From positions 84,446,001 to 84,510,000 of the forward strand of contig NC_045697.1 in assembly GCF_009834535.1 (NCBI RefSeq): DNA of 64,000 bases, written 5' to 3'. Below are positions 35,063 through 49,217 of this stretch, one piece after another (positions within the stretch are counted from its first letter, which is position 1; every line of letters begins with the position of its first letter). The notes beneath the pieces were generated by a model. It was given only the letters and a program-made list of their open reading frames with translations, was not told the DNA's origin and did no database searches. Made by a program: the position numbers and the translations under genes. The stretch comes from Camelus ferus (Eukaryota).

Positions 35063-38000
35063 TCCTAGCTAGGTCTCTAAACTCTTTCTCCCTCTCATGT
35101 TCCCAAGGCAAATAAATCATCAATGCTCTCCATTAATCCCCATTTATTTAATAATCTTTGTTTCAAAAGAGCATTTGTGGCAACAGTTGGCATTGTTAAA
35201 ATGGAAACATCTAGCATACAATATGTGCTTAACAAATATTTGTTGAATGCTGATAATTGAATAAAATGTGTCAAATAAAATGGGTCAAAAAAGGCTAAGA
35301 ATATATATATTAATTGCTATTCATATAATTTATTGTCTATCTTCCCATAGTACATATTTTGAATATAACACTTACATCATATTAGAATTATTTGTTTAAA
35401 TATAAATGTCAAAAATCCAGCCACTGAGACAAGCAATTAAGTCTCTGAGTTCCTTTATTTCTAATTTACTTTGATGAAAATATATTTAGAGAAGAAACCA
35501 AATCTTAATTTCTTTTCTTAATGATATATGACTTATATAGTTGTAGTACTGACATCCATTTAGGGAAAAAAAATAGGGACTTGAGCCTTTGAGATAGCCT
35601 CTGTTCAATCACACTTTGCAGATGATGCTCTGCAAAGTCAGCCTTCTCTAATCAATAACTGAAACAAAAAAACAGCTCAATAATAATCAATTCCCAGTCA
35701 TTCAAAGATTAATGACATAGTTTGTGGAGTTGTTTGTTATCTCCCTCTTTGTTTTTCTTTATTCTCTCTTTGGCCTCCTGCCACTGAGTTTTTGCATTAT
35801 TCATTAGACCCCATACTAGTGCATGATTGTGGAAATAAAGGCCTCTTAAATGCAAATCTTTCTTTTACTGTTTGTTAGCAGTTCTTCAGAATGTGTTGTT
35901 GCAGGAGGAGAAGGTCAAAACAATTAAATGAAATTTGTTTGTATTTATAGGTTTCAAGTATCTATTTAACATAAAAGTGTATCTGCTTAACTTTATACAT
36001 TAAAGAGGGGCTGGAAATAGTATTCAAAGTTAAGTTGTTTAAAATCTCTAAGAATCTTCCACTTTGTCCACTCCTACAAGGGATCAAAAATCTTAAAAAA
36101 ATTAGATAATAACCCTTCTTCCTCAAAAAAAGCCTTCATGTCTCACAATTTTAAAATGTATTTCCACAGCAGGTACTTTTTCATGATGAGTACATTTGAG
36201 CATGTTCCTTGGAAGATAAACAGTGGAAGATAAACAAAATGTTGGGCTTCAGTTAAAGTAGAGCCTTCCAAAAGAAATAAAGTGACTAGTTAATCCTCAG
36301 AGTACTAGAATTTGCTGGACTCTTAGCCAAATAAATATTTAGAAGATTGCTATGTGTTTCTGTGTACATATGCTCATATCTTGACACTCTGGTCTGAGGA
36401 AAGAGCAGAAGGAAGACAGATGTGGGAATGCTCACCTGAATACAGAAGGCGTTAAGGATTGCAGAGTAGTAGTTCCCATTCACGAATACATGTGTGGGTG
36501 TGATGGCAGGTGAGGGTGAGGCAGAAAGGAGAACAGCTAACTGTTGATTAAAATCACTATCCCTGTTGGCATTTGGAGCTAAGCAGCCAAAGTATCTAAG
36601 AGACTTTCCCTGATTATCTCCAAGGCTGCCAGGATGGAGATCTCAGGCCTAAGTGAGGATACCAGTAGTCTGACTGTGAAGGTTTTATTGATGGTAATGC
36701 CTTCGTTCTAGTTTGAAGATTAAACTAAGCTTTATTGCAGCTCAGTTGGTCTTTATGCCTCTACTAAGTGTGTGTGGATACATGTATGTGTATTTTTCAG
36801 CATTCTCCCAGGATATTGGAAAACACCTAGTCACATACAAACAAACACACAGTTATCATTAAATTTTCATTAAATTTAGCATGCAGCATCTAAGAGTGCA
36901 AAAATATATTTTTCTGGGCATAGAAGAAAACTCTATCTCCCCAAACCCTCTCACAAACCCAGTCCTGATTATCAGATTTTAATTGATCTCGATCTCTTAC
37001 TTCTACAGTAGCCATACTGCTGGCTGTACTGGGACTAGTTTGCACTAGTTTGCAGGGCATAGAAAAATAGGAGCTTAAAGAAGCAAACCAAGTCATCATC
37101 AATTATATTATCAAGAGACTTATAAAAGATGTATGGTTCCCAGAAGAACTGGTCTCGCCAGGACAACTTTTGGGGGTGATGTTTGATTTCTTTTCCTGGG
37201 CCAACAAACAGTGAAGGTCAACCTCCTAATGTCGGGTGGAGGTCAGGAGATGAGAAGAGATGGACTTCCTACATTGGTATTAGTTGCAGGCATTTTAATT
37301 TTGCTTTTTAATCTATATACTTGTCTTTGGATAAAATGCTATTTCAAATATTTAATTCAAGGCACACACTGAAGCCAAACTGCAGTAAGTATAACTTTTG
37401 AACTTTTAGGCCCTTAGAAGTGGGAAGTCTTGAAATTTCCCTTGAGTCCTGAGCATATTTCTGTTCCTTTTGCCTGCTCTTCAGTTTCTTTTCCTACCAG
37501 TAGCTCCAGAGCTTGATTTGGTGAATCAAATAAATTCACAATAAGCCAATAGAGGTATGCATTTTGTAAACGTGCCTTTGAGCTGCTATTTTACCATGTT
37601 ATTTTTCCTGCATCAACCAACATTCTCTAATGGAGAGTTATTTCCCTCAACCTCATTAGACACAAAAAATGTCTCGGAACGTTTTTCAGAAAAATATAAG
37701 TATTAGAGATCAAAACTAACATGAGGCAGAAACATCCTTTGTGAACACAAAAAGGAAGGATAATTAAGTAGTTTTTGTCAAAAAAAAAAGACCCTATATG
37801 TACAATTAAAATCAGAACTGAGAATCCTGCAAATGGCTTTGCTGGAATTACATAATTACATAGGTTAAAAAAAACAAAAATTATATTTAGTTGCAGTAAT
37901 TTTTTAACTCCTAAAAGGGCTAGGATAAGACTATTAAAGGAATCACCCCAAACTGCAACAAATCAGAAATTATTAATACTTAATTAAAAATAATTTTGGT

Positions 38001-39224
38001 CTCTATCATATGTCAGTCAAAGTGCTCCATCCAAAGCTTTTATGAAACACTTTTATTCTTATTGATTAGGGTGAGGGTTTAAGCTTCATCCTCTCCAAAA
38101 TCACCTATATGTAATTTTAATTGGAATTTAGTAGATATTTAATAATCATCCTGATATCTCTAGTTACTTATAAGTGTTACTTTGAATAATATTTTAAGTC
38201 AATAAGAAGTCAGCAATTGTATCACTACTCCTACTAAAGCATTCTGAATAAAAAATCAAATCTACATATAGAATTTCATTTCGGTAACTGTTACCATAAT
38301 CACATAGTTAAGACTAACAAGACTTGATCTATTTTATCTGTCTTCCCTAACATGCACCTTTAAGTTCAACCTCCTATACATAAGTACCAGCTGACCCTTG
38401 AGGGCATACAACTCATACTCCAATTCCACACCCAGTAATCCATGGACTTTGGATCCCATCCCATTCCAGCTGGATCTGTTTGCTGCCTCCTTGGATCAGC
38501 TTCTCATGTCAGCCTAGCTCCAGGCTGTGGTTCTATTATGCACACTTGGTTTTCTTAGCTATGATTCCTACTTCTTAAGAACAATGGTTTGCACCCTCCA
38601 TGTCCTTTCTGGATTTTAGCTCCTTCTTGTTGAATTCCTATCCTGGCTTTAACATGTCAGCCTCAAGTTCCCAAGCTTTGTGTTGTCTGGCCAGTGCCCT
38701 TATGGAACTCATTCACGTTATCATGTAGTTATATATTCAAAAGAGTGAACTAAATATGCTAGATAGCAGTCATGGTATATACATTTTTATATTTAAATGA
38801 AAAACCATTTTTCTGACATATTTGTTCATAACCTATATTTATTTCTTCTGGTTAAATGCTCTATTTGCTTATCAGTAAAATACTAATAAAAGTTATTTGA
38901 AATATAAATTTAGTTTTTTTCCTGCATTTTGACCAATCACAAAATTTTATTAAAGTCTGTAATTCTCTGTGATTAAATGATAAATGATAATGTATGTAAA
39001 AGCACTTTAAATAGTTTAAAGTGTTCTATAGGTGCTTATGGCTATATTAACATTATGTATATCTGGTAGTCTCAAGATAAGCTGTGTCTTAGCATTAAAT
39101 CAATAGTTGAATCAGATTTCTGCAGAAGGTAGCTTTTTCACTGTACGAATAGCTCATTTAGGAAATAATTTTATAAATGCTCTACAAAGAATTGTATCAA
39201 GATGAATTATAACAATGAAAGTCA

Positions 39225-40819
39225 CCTTCTACAGATTCAATGCAATCCCTATCAAATACCAATGGCATTTTTCATAGAGCTAGAACAAATAATTTAAAAA
39301 TTTATATGGAAACACAAAATACCCCAAATAGCCAAAACAATCTTGAGAAAGAAGAACAGAGCTGGAGGAATCATGCTCCCTGACTTCAGACTATACTACA
39401 AAGCTACAGTAATGAAAACAGTATGAAACTGGCACAAAAACAGACACATAGATCAATGGAAAAAAGTAGAGAACCCAGAAATAAACCCACCCACTTATGA
39501 TCAATTAATCTATGACAAAGGAGGCAAGAATATATGAAGAAGAAAAGATGATCCCTTCAATGAGTGGTATTCAGAAAACTGGACAGCTACATGTAAAAGA
39601 ATAAAATTAGAACATCCTCTAACACCATATACAAAAATAAACTCTAAATTGATTAAAGACCTAAATGTAAAACTGGATACTATAAAATTCCTAGAGGAAA
39701 ACATTGGCAGAACACTCTCTGATACAAGTCACAGCAATATTTTTTTGGATCTGTCTCCTAAAGCAAAGGAAATAAATGCAAAAATAAACAACTCATACAT
39801 AATAACATTTAAAAGCTTTTGCACAGCAAAGAAAACCATTGACAAAACGAAAAGACAATCTACTGAATAGGAGAAAATATTTGCAAATGATATAACTGAC
39901 AAGGGATTAATATCAACCATATATAAACAGCTCTTACAACTCAGTATCAAAAAGCAACCCAATTAAAACATGGGCAGGACCTGAATAGACATTTCTCCAA
40001 AGAGGAAATACAGATGGTCAACAGGCACATGAAAAGATGCTCAACGTGGCTAACCACCAAGGAAATGCAAATCAAAACCACAATGAGATATCACCTCACA
40101 TCTGTCATAATGGCTATCATCAAAAGAACACAAATAACAAATTATGGTGAGGATGTAGAGAAAAGGGAACCCTTGTACACTGTTAGTGGGAATGTAGATT
40201 GATGCAGCCACTGTGGAAAACAGTTGAAGATTTCTCAAAAAACTAAAAATAAAACTACCATATGAACCAGCAATTCTACTCCTGGGTATAAATGAAAAAA
40301 CCAAAAACACTAATTCAAAACAATACCCATCCCAGTGTTCACAGAAGCATTATTTACAGTTGCCAAGGTGTGGAAGCAACCTAAGTTGCTCCATCAACAG
40401 ATGAATGGATAAAGAATAAGTGGTGTATATAAACAACATACTACTACTTAGCCATAAAAAAGAATGGAATTTTGCCATTTGCAGCAACATGGATGAACTT
40501 GGAGGGCATTATGCTAAGTGAAATAAGTCAGATAGAGAAAGACAAATACTGTATGGTATCACTTGTAGGTGGAATCCAAAAAATACAACAAACTAATGAA
40601 TAAAACAAAAAAGAAGCAGATTCATAGATATGGAGAACAAACTAGTGGTTATCAGTGGGGAGAGGAGTGGAGGGAAGGGCAATATAGGGGTAGGGAATTA
40701 TAAAAAGGAGGTTATTTTGGGATTATATTAAATCATGTGTGTGAAACTTCTGAAGGCTGTAACGCACTACAGAATTTAAAGAATCCTTCATTCAAATACA
40801 GAGATTAAATTAAAAAAAA
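39225..40819 (+). mobile_element. 5'-truncated LINE-1 (ORF2 C-terminus and 3'UTR)
   Basis: ORFs 39649-39870 and 40014-40202 are L1 ORF2p pieces. Possible TSD AATGAAAGTCA (39214-39224) / AATGAATGTCA (40826-40836). Confidence 0.95.
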
Positions 40820-40853
40820 GGAATGAATGAATGTCAGTTTCAAATACGCTTAC

Positions 40854-40888
40854 CTTGTATTTCGGTTTTCCTAATCTGCTGAAAAAAC
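40854..40888 (-). other. Candidate micro-exon (35, 25 or 22 nt depending on acceptor)
   Basis: Minus-strand donor CAAG|GTAAGC; acceptors GATCAG| or the tandem TTTTTTCAG|CAG|. Confidence 0.25.
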
Positions 40889-42252
40889 CTGATCAAATAT
40901 TTAAAGATTTGGATAAGGATTTTGTATTTTCAGAACCCCCTCCCCCATACCTCATATTAAAACAACTTCTTTTCAAATAAAATTGTACCTTGGTGAGAAT
41001 ACAAGGTTAGCCAACTAAAGTAGTCACATAACAATTATCTTGAAGCCTAACATGTAATTTACTTACCAAAGGAACCAGAGCTTTTCTACATTTTAAAAGA
41101 TAAAAATGTTAAGTAAATGTGGGCTTGTGTGTGATTCATATTATTTCCTAGGGAGAAATTTGAATGCTCTTTAAAATATGGGTCAACTGAGTTCACTAAA
41201 CATCTTGAAAATTACATAAATTTCTGTCTTGCTTAGGATGTTAGGACCATGTCACTGTCTACAGAATTTAATTTATAGCCATGTAGGAATGTATTCAATC
41301 AATTTAGTTTTGTCCTAAACAGTATACTCTTAAAAGAAAATAGCTCACAATGGAAGAAAATTGCTCATAACTATGTATTTTCTAAACATAAGTGGACAAA
41401 CATGCTGAAATCAAAGTCACATCAGAGAAACTGACCCAAAATAATTTGCTAGAGGGAAGTTCATGTATACTCAGAACTCATGGAACTCTAACTGGCTGAA
41501 GACTTTGTAAATAAATCTTGTACAGCATAGTGGTTTGGAGGTTAAAGGCTATTTAGTATAAATAAGCAAAAACAGAGCTTGTATTTGACATACTCTATTA
41601 CAGAAGACTTTCCTCAAGGTTTTCAAGTATTGGAATTCATAATAGAAAGCCAAATATGTCCTTGGAAGTCTAATGGATGTCATCAATTATATGATATTTT
41701 TAAACATGTATACTGGGACCATGAGCTTTGAACTATTTGAAAAATCCTTATGATGTCCTGCAGATTTGCATGCAATTTTAATTTCCAAATTTGGGATATC
41801 ATTGATCTTTATTAAGAGAAAAGATAACTGCCTACTCTGTGCCAAGCAGAGCATAAGGTTCTTCATTTATAACTCTCAGTTTCTTATAACAACCAACAAT
41901 GTAGGCATTCTACCCACAATTTACATATGAAGACTCTGAGATTCAAGCTGTAAGAACCAACTTTGTGGGGAGCTCTCAAACTTCATTCATTCATTTATTT
42001 ATTTATCTTAAGCAAATAAACTCATGCTTCATTCACTGAGAGAGATATGTTTATCTATTACAGATTGAAAAGGAAATGGTGTGATTCTCACGTCTGCGGA
42101 AATTCCAGGAAAGACTGAGTATGTGATGGGTCATTGATCCAAGGGTTCCCTTTCAAGAATAGGATGATGAAGGAGGAGTTTAGAATCTGGCAAAGAGGGT
42201 CAGGGAAAGAGCAGACCATAGACTAAGGTATTTTGAAGAATCTACTGTGTTG

Positions 42253-42299
<47 letters not shown>

Positions 42300-42314
42300 G
42301 ATAGATAGATAGAT
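42253..42314. repeat. (GATA)n tetranucleotide microsatellite
   Basis: Directly visible, with one GAT interruption. Confidence 0.97.
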
Positions 42315-43389
42315 GTATGTTTCACATCTCCACGTTGAATCTCAAGGGCTGAGAAACACCATTTTCCTTCTATATTCTATATTCTTTATTCTCTATCCAG
42401 CTCCCTTGCCCAGTAGTTACTCCACACTTAGGAGTCAGCCCATTCACTAGCCACTATATACCTACAGGTTCAGAAGACATGAAATAGTTCTAGGAACCAG
42501 AGGAAATACTACAAATTTCTCACTCCCCAGTGTCTTGACCCTCAGATTCCTGTGGAGGAGATCCTGGGGTGGAGTGAAGTTGCGGGTTAAATTTAATTCA
42601 GTTCAATTCAATTAAAAAGCATAATCTTTCTCAGAAGACCACCTGCTGTCCCTCTCTCTGACTGTTCCTTTCTCTCTTCTTCAGAGTTAACTTGAAAAAC
42701 ATGACCCAACACTTCTGGAAATTTGTTTCCCCTAACCCCTGCCCATCTGAGACAAAGATGAGATGGGCGGTGCCTCTATTAAATCCCTTATTTCAGTTTG
42801 TTTTAAGACTTGACTTATTTGAAGCTCTGACTCTACTCTTTTGACTCCCTAGCCTAAGCAATCCTGCAGCAACCTATGACCGAGAAGAAGAAAGATGACA
42901 GAGCTGGAGCTGGCAAAGTGCAATATGTAGATAAGAGTGATTTTTATCATCTTTGACATAGCCTAATGTAAGTCATATCTGTGTCCATCTGGTTCAGTAT
43001 TTTATTACCAATAGAAAAATCTCAAGAGTATAGCATCAAGTTTAAAATTTAGGTACGTACCAGCTTCTTTTAATAACATACAATCGTATGAATTTAGAGC
43101 TAGAGAGGACTTCTGTTTTTCTGTTTAGTTCAATGTCCTCAAATTACCTTTGAAATAAAAAAATAATAATAACTTCTGACATATGCCAAGTCAAGTATAG
43201 GCTTTTTATATACATGTTATCTATACATATATTTTATATTCTCTCAAATTATTACAATAAACATCAGTGTAGAATTAATTATCTTCAATTTATAGTTGAA
43301 GACAGATATTTAGAGAATTTAGGAAGACTTTAAGATTTTTAATATAAAGGGAAGCAGACATTAAAAGAAATTATTCCAACTGTAACATA

Positions 43390-43800
43390 GAAAAATTTTC
43401 AGGCTACGAAAGTGGATGTGAGGAAGTCAGTTGTGGCTTATAGTATTAGTCTCATGATGTCAATCAAGTCTGGACTAGACGTGGTGAGGATGAAAAGAAG
43501 GTGACACTAGAATCAACAGATATTCAGAATATAGAACTAATGGAACTGGGTGATAGATTTGTTGTGGGAGGTTAGAGGAAGGAGCAGGAAGAGCCAGATT
43601 TGACAACTAGTTTTTAGCGTGAACAGTTGACTGGATGGTGGAGACACTTGCAAAAATGACAATTCCTGGCAAGAAGATTTGGGAAGTGGTAAGTGGGGCA
43701 GGAAACAGAGAAAGGGTGGTAGGGGATAGGAGAGCAGGAACTGATGACATGATATAGGCAAAGTTTTCTAATAGTTTTTAGGATTGGAGACCTGATAGTA
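43390..43800 (-). mobile_element. LINE-2 fragment
   Basis: GTCAGTTGTGGCTTAT..ATAGAACTAATGGAACTGGGTGATAGATTTG..TTGACTGGATGGTGGAGAC. Confidence 0.6.
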
Positions 43801-44387
43801 CATTTGCAACCCAATGCCCTCTCAACTCTTTCCTTTCCCCTTACCCATGGGGCAATTCAAAAGGCACTTGGGCCTTGGGTTTGAAAATGTGGATATTAAC
43901 TACATTTTCTGGGTAAATACAGAGGTTGATGTTTAGCAACTCACTTGATCTAAATATGGTAGATTCATATGGTAGATCTCACAGACCTTGTGAACCCCTT
44001 GGACTTAGTTAGATTTTAGGTAACTTGAGACAAAGGGTATTGTCGTAGAAGAATTACTAGTATAATAGGGATCTCAGCTCAACCTAAACTGGGATTTGAA
44101 ATTTTGGTGTGTGCTTGATGGAAAGGCACAGCTAAAGTTCAAAGAGGCTATTTGTGTGTAGTACACATAGTAGGAAAGTATCTTTAATGAGGATGGAGTC
44201 TGGAGACGGAAATGGTAAGGCATATGAGTGGACAGGAGGCTGTCTCTTTTACTAATGGGTCCCATGCAGTTAGACTGAACTGATGGAGACATGGGCTGCA
44301 AGAAGAATCTGTTTCCATTGACACAGAAGTACCCATCATGTGGCTTAAGGGCCAAGGAGATGAAGCAGAATACAATTTAGGGAAGAA

Positions 44388-45170
44388 CATCATTTTCTCT
44401 CAGCACCTTAAATATTTTGCTCCATGCTCTTCTTGCTTACATGGTTTCCAAGAAGTCAGATGTCATTCTTATCTTTGTTCCTCTGTAGATAAGGTGTTTT
44501 TTCCCTCTGACTTTTTTCAGGATTTTTTTTTCTTCTCCTATGGTTTTCCATAATTAGAAAATGACATGCCAGGGTATAGGGTTTTTGTGGGTTCTGGTTT
44601 TGGTTTTTGTTTATTTTTTTGCATTTATCCTGCTTAGTAGCCTCTGCTCTCCTGGATCTGTGGCTTGGCATATGACATTAATTTGGGGAAATTCCCAGTC
44701 ATTACTATTTCAAATATTTCTTCTGTTCCTTTCTTTCTTTTTTTGGTACTCCCATTATGCATATGTTACACCTTTTGTAGTTGTCCCAGGTACTTGGATA
44801 TTCTGTTCTGTTTCGTTCAGTCTTTGTTTTGGTTTTTGAGGATTGCTCGTCTGTTCTTGCACACTGCCTTCTTTAACCACTAAAGTCCTTAGCATATTAC
44901 TCATATGAGTTTTAAATTCCTGGTCTGATAATTCCAACATCCCTGTCATATCTGGCTCTAATGCTTGTTCTGTATCTTCAAATTGTGTTTTTGCCTTTTG
45001 GTATGCCTTGTAATTTTTCATGATAGCCGAATATGATGTACTGCTAAAAGAAACTTCCATAAATAGGCCTTTACTAATGTGGTGGTAAGGTGTGCAGGGA
45101 GGGTAAGAGTTCTCTAGCCCTGTGATTAGACTGCAATCTCTTAGTGAGCCTGTGCCTCTGGACTGTGAAG
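44388..45170 (-). mobile_element. Old L1M 5' region (ORF1 / 5'UTR)
   Basis: Minus ORF 44755-45198 contains ALEPDMTGMLELSDQEFKT..NMLR, typical of old L1M ORF1p; antisense ORF1 text at 44390-44800. Confidence 0.75.
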
Positions 45171-46308
45171 GAGCATCCTTTTCACCATGTCTAGACATAA
45201 CACAGCCTGGTTCTGAGATGACAAAGGCTGTTTGGGCTTGAGGGTTTTAATTTGGGAGAACCAGGATAGGAGCTAGCACTCTGAGCAGGAAGCCAGTGTC
45301 AAGTACTACTCTCAAGTGGCTCTGCTAGCCAGGACCTCAGCAAGGACTACCAAGAAGAAAAATCTGGGAGGAGTTCTCTCCAACTCTGTGCTACACATTT
45401 GGGGGCTATGGAAATGAGTGGATGAGACCCTGCAGTTACATGTGGAGGGCCATGAGGTTTGAGACATTGCTGTTATTGTGATTTTGTTTGTAAGTACAGA
45501 GTGGTGAGGCTTGGGGTAAATGCAACTATGTGAGGAAAGTACTTCTTAAGCTGAAGTGTGCTTCAGAGTAACTGGTGGGACTTTTCAAAAGAGATCTCTG
45601 CCCATGTTCTGCTTGCAGGGTTTCTGTTATAGAAAGGTTATGTCAGCATCTTGGCAACTGTGTTATGAAAAAGCTAAATGAGTAATTCTGATCCTTATGC
45701 CTGGCTAAAAACTACTGCCTTAAATTTATTAGAATTGAGTCATTTGACACTAGTCAACTAGCTTGCAAAAGAGAAAGAATTTACATATTTGGAGGTATTT
45801 CTCTTTTAGATTTCATTGTTTTATATTCTTATCCTCTTCTCCCCAGCTTTCCACATTCCCACTGAAACAGCCTCCTTTCCCTAATATTGGTTTTCTTAAC
45901 TCCTCACTGAAGGCTTCTCTGAAAGAGAATTATTGGGAAACCCAGCCAGCCTTAGACTCTTAGATTCTCCATACTTGGACTTAGATGAAAAGAAAAATTA
46001 AGAACGTAAACATCCTTTTTCTTCCTTAGGGAAAAAAAAAAACTCACAATTTTGTTTGATCAGTTCAATGTTAAACAATTGTGTGAATATTTTTCTTGAA
46101 ATATCCTCTCTCTTCCATAGCTTACTCTACTGTTATTTTGCTTAAAAGTTATCAGTGGAATTTAGACATCAAAGCATCTTCACTTCATTTCTCCACTCTG
46201 GCTCCACAGGCACCAGAGTTGTGAGCCACAAATACATAATTTCATTCCTGTCTAAGCTGGAGGAGAATGGTTTTCTTTTTGTAGAATCTACCATATTTAA
46301 AATAAGCT

Positions 46309-49217
46309 AGAGAATACTATGAACAATTATATGGCAACAAATTGGACAACCCAGAAGAAACTGACAAGTTTCCAGAAACATACAGTTCACTAAAAGTGAA
46401 TCTAGAAGAAATAGATAATTTGAGTAGACTGATCACTAGGAGTGAGATAGAATCAGTAATAAAAAAAAAAAAGCCTCCCTACAAACAAAAGTCCAGGACC
46501 AGATGGCTTCACTGGGGAATTCTACCAAACATACAAAGAAGAACTCATACTGGTCCTTATCAAACTCTTCCAAAAGATTGAAGAGGAGGGAACACTCCCA
46601 AACTCATTCTATGAAGCCACCATCATCCTGATACCAAAAAACAGACAAAGACACCATCAAAAAGAAAATTATAGGCCAATATCTATGATAAATATAAGTG
46701 CAAAAATTCTCAGCAAAATATTAGCAAACACAATCCAACACTATATATAAAAGATCATACACTATGATCAAGTTGGATTCATTCCACAGATACAAGGATG
46801 GTTCATCACATGTGAATCAATCAATGTGATACACTATATCAACAAAAGAAAGGACAAAAATCACATGATCATCTCAACAGATGCAGAAAAGGCATTTGAT
46901 AAAATTCAACACCCATTTATGACAAAAACTCTTACCAAACTGGGTAGGTTCCTTCTATAACATAACAAAAATTACTTATGACAAACCCACAGCCAACATA
47001 ATACTCAACGGTGAAAAGGTGAAAGCCTTCCCACTAAAATCTGGAACAAGACGAGGATGCTCACTCTAACCACTTCTATTCGACATAGTATTGGAAGTTC
47101 TAGCCATAGCAATCAGACAAGAAAAAGAAATAAGAGGGATCTAAATTGGAAGAGAAGTAAAATTGTCACTACATGTGGATGACATGACACTATATACAGA
47201 AAACCCTAAAGACTCTACACAAAAACTACTAGATCTGATAAGCAAATTTAACAAGATAGCAGGATACAAGATTAACATACAGAACTCTGTTGCATTTCTT
47301 TACTCTAACAATGAAATATCAGAAAAGGAAAGTAAAAAAAAATTCCTTTTAAAATCACATCAAAAAATAAAATACCTAGGAATAAACCTGACAAAGAAGG
47401 TGAAAAACTTATACATTGAGAACTATAAAACATTGATTAAGAAAATTAAAGATGATTTAAAGAAATGGAAATATATCTCATGCTCCTGGATTGGAAGAAT
47501 TAATATTGTTAAAATGGCCATACTACCCAAAGCAAGCTGTATATTTAATGCAACCCCTAACAAATTACTCAGGACATTTTTCACAGAACTAGAACAAATA
47601 ATCCTAAAATGTATATAAAAATCACAAAAGACCCAGAATTGCCAAAGCAATACTAAAGAAAAAGAACAAATCTAGAGGAATAACCCTCCCAGACTTCAGA
47701 TAATACTAGAGCTACAGTAATCAAAACAGCATGGTATTGGCACAAAAACAGACATACAGATCAATGGATCAGAATAGAAAGCGCAGAAATAAACCCACAC
47801 ACATACAGTCAATTAATCTTTGACAAAGGAGAGAAGAATATGCAATGGAGAAAAGACAGTCTCTTTGGCAAGAAGTGTTGGGAAAATTGGACAATTGCAT
47901 GTAAATCAACGAAGCTAGAACACTCCCTCACACCAAACACAAAAATAAACTTCAAATGGTTTAAAGACTTAAACATAAGATAAAGACGCTATAAACCTCT
48001 TAGAAGAAAACATAGGCAAAACATTCTCTGACATTAATCTTAACAATGTTCTCCTATGGTAGTCTACCCAAGAAACAGAAATAAAAGCAAAAATAAATAA
48101 ATGGATGTAATCAAACTTATAAGCTATTTCACAGCAAAGGAAACCATAAACAAAATGAATAGACAATCTAATGGAATGGGAGAAAATATTTGCAAAAAAA
48201 TGAGACTGACAAGGGCTTAATTTCTAGAATATACAAACAACTCACACAACTCAGTAACAAACCAAACAAACAACCCAATCCAAAAATGGGCAGAAGACAT
48301 AAACAAGCATTTCTCCAGTGGAGACATCAATTGGCCAATAGGCACACGAAAAATGCTCAACATTGCTAATTATCAGAGAAATGCAAATCAAAACTACAAT
48401 GAAGCATCACCTCACACCACTCAGAATGGCCATCATTCACAAGTCCACAAACGATAAACGCTGGAGAGGGTCTGGAGAAAACTCTCCTACACTGTTGGTG
48501 GGAATGTAGTTTGATGCAGCCATTATAGAAAACAGTATGGAGATTCTTCAAAAAGCTAAAAATAGACCTACCGTATGATCCCACAATCCCACTCCTGGGC
48601 ATCTATCCAGAGGGAAATCTAAAGATATATTCGAAAAGATATATCCAGCCCAGTGCTCATAGTAGCACTATTTACAATAGCCAAGTCATGGAAGCAACCT
48701 AAAGGTCCATTGACAGAGGACTGGCTAAAGCAGTTGTGGAATATATATACAATGGAATACTACTCAGCCATAAAAAAGTAATGCCATTTGTAGCAACATG
48801 GATGGACCTGGAGATTGTGACACTAAGTGAAGCAAGCCAGAAAGACAAAGAAAAATACCATAGGATATCACTTATATGTGGAATCTAAAAAAAAAAAAAA
48901 AAAAGACACAAATGAACTTATTTCAAAACAAACACACTCACACACACAGAAAACAAACTTATGGTTACCAAGGGGGAAAGGGAGGGTGGAAGGATAAATT
49001 AGGAGTTTGGGATTTGCAGATAATAACTACTATATATAAAATAGATAAACAGCAAGGTCCTATTGTATAGCACAGGGAACAATATTCAATATCTTGTAAT
49101 AATCTATAATGAAAGACAATATTAAAAGGAATATATACATGTATAAATGAAACACTATGCTGTACACCACAAATTAACACAACATTGTAAACCAACTATA
49201 TGTCAATTAAAAAAAAA
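46309..49217 (+). mobile_element. About 2.9 kb 5'-truncated LINE-1 (RT domain to polyA), disrupted ORF2
   Basis: ORF 47163-47618 ([31 protein letters not shown]) includes the degenerate FADD motif. Many stops and frameshifts; A-tail at about 49209-49217. Confidence 0.97.

Noticed and set aside
43955..43980. Short tandem duplication ATATGGTAGAT x2 (and ATGGAATC x3 near 59868)
   Set aside because: Ordinary slippage-type duplications with no further structure.
1766..48602. The longer ORFs in the track (e.g. 1766-2197, 15027-15563, 15278-15643, 44755-45198, 47163-47618) as genes
   Set aside because: All lie within broken L1 copies, sense or antisense, and are not host genes. No L1 is full length or has intact ORFs.
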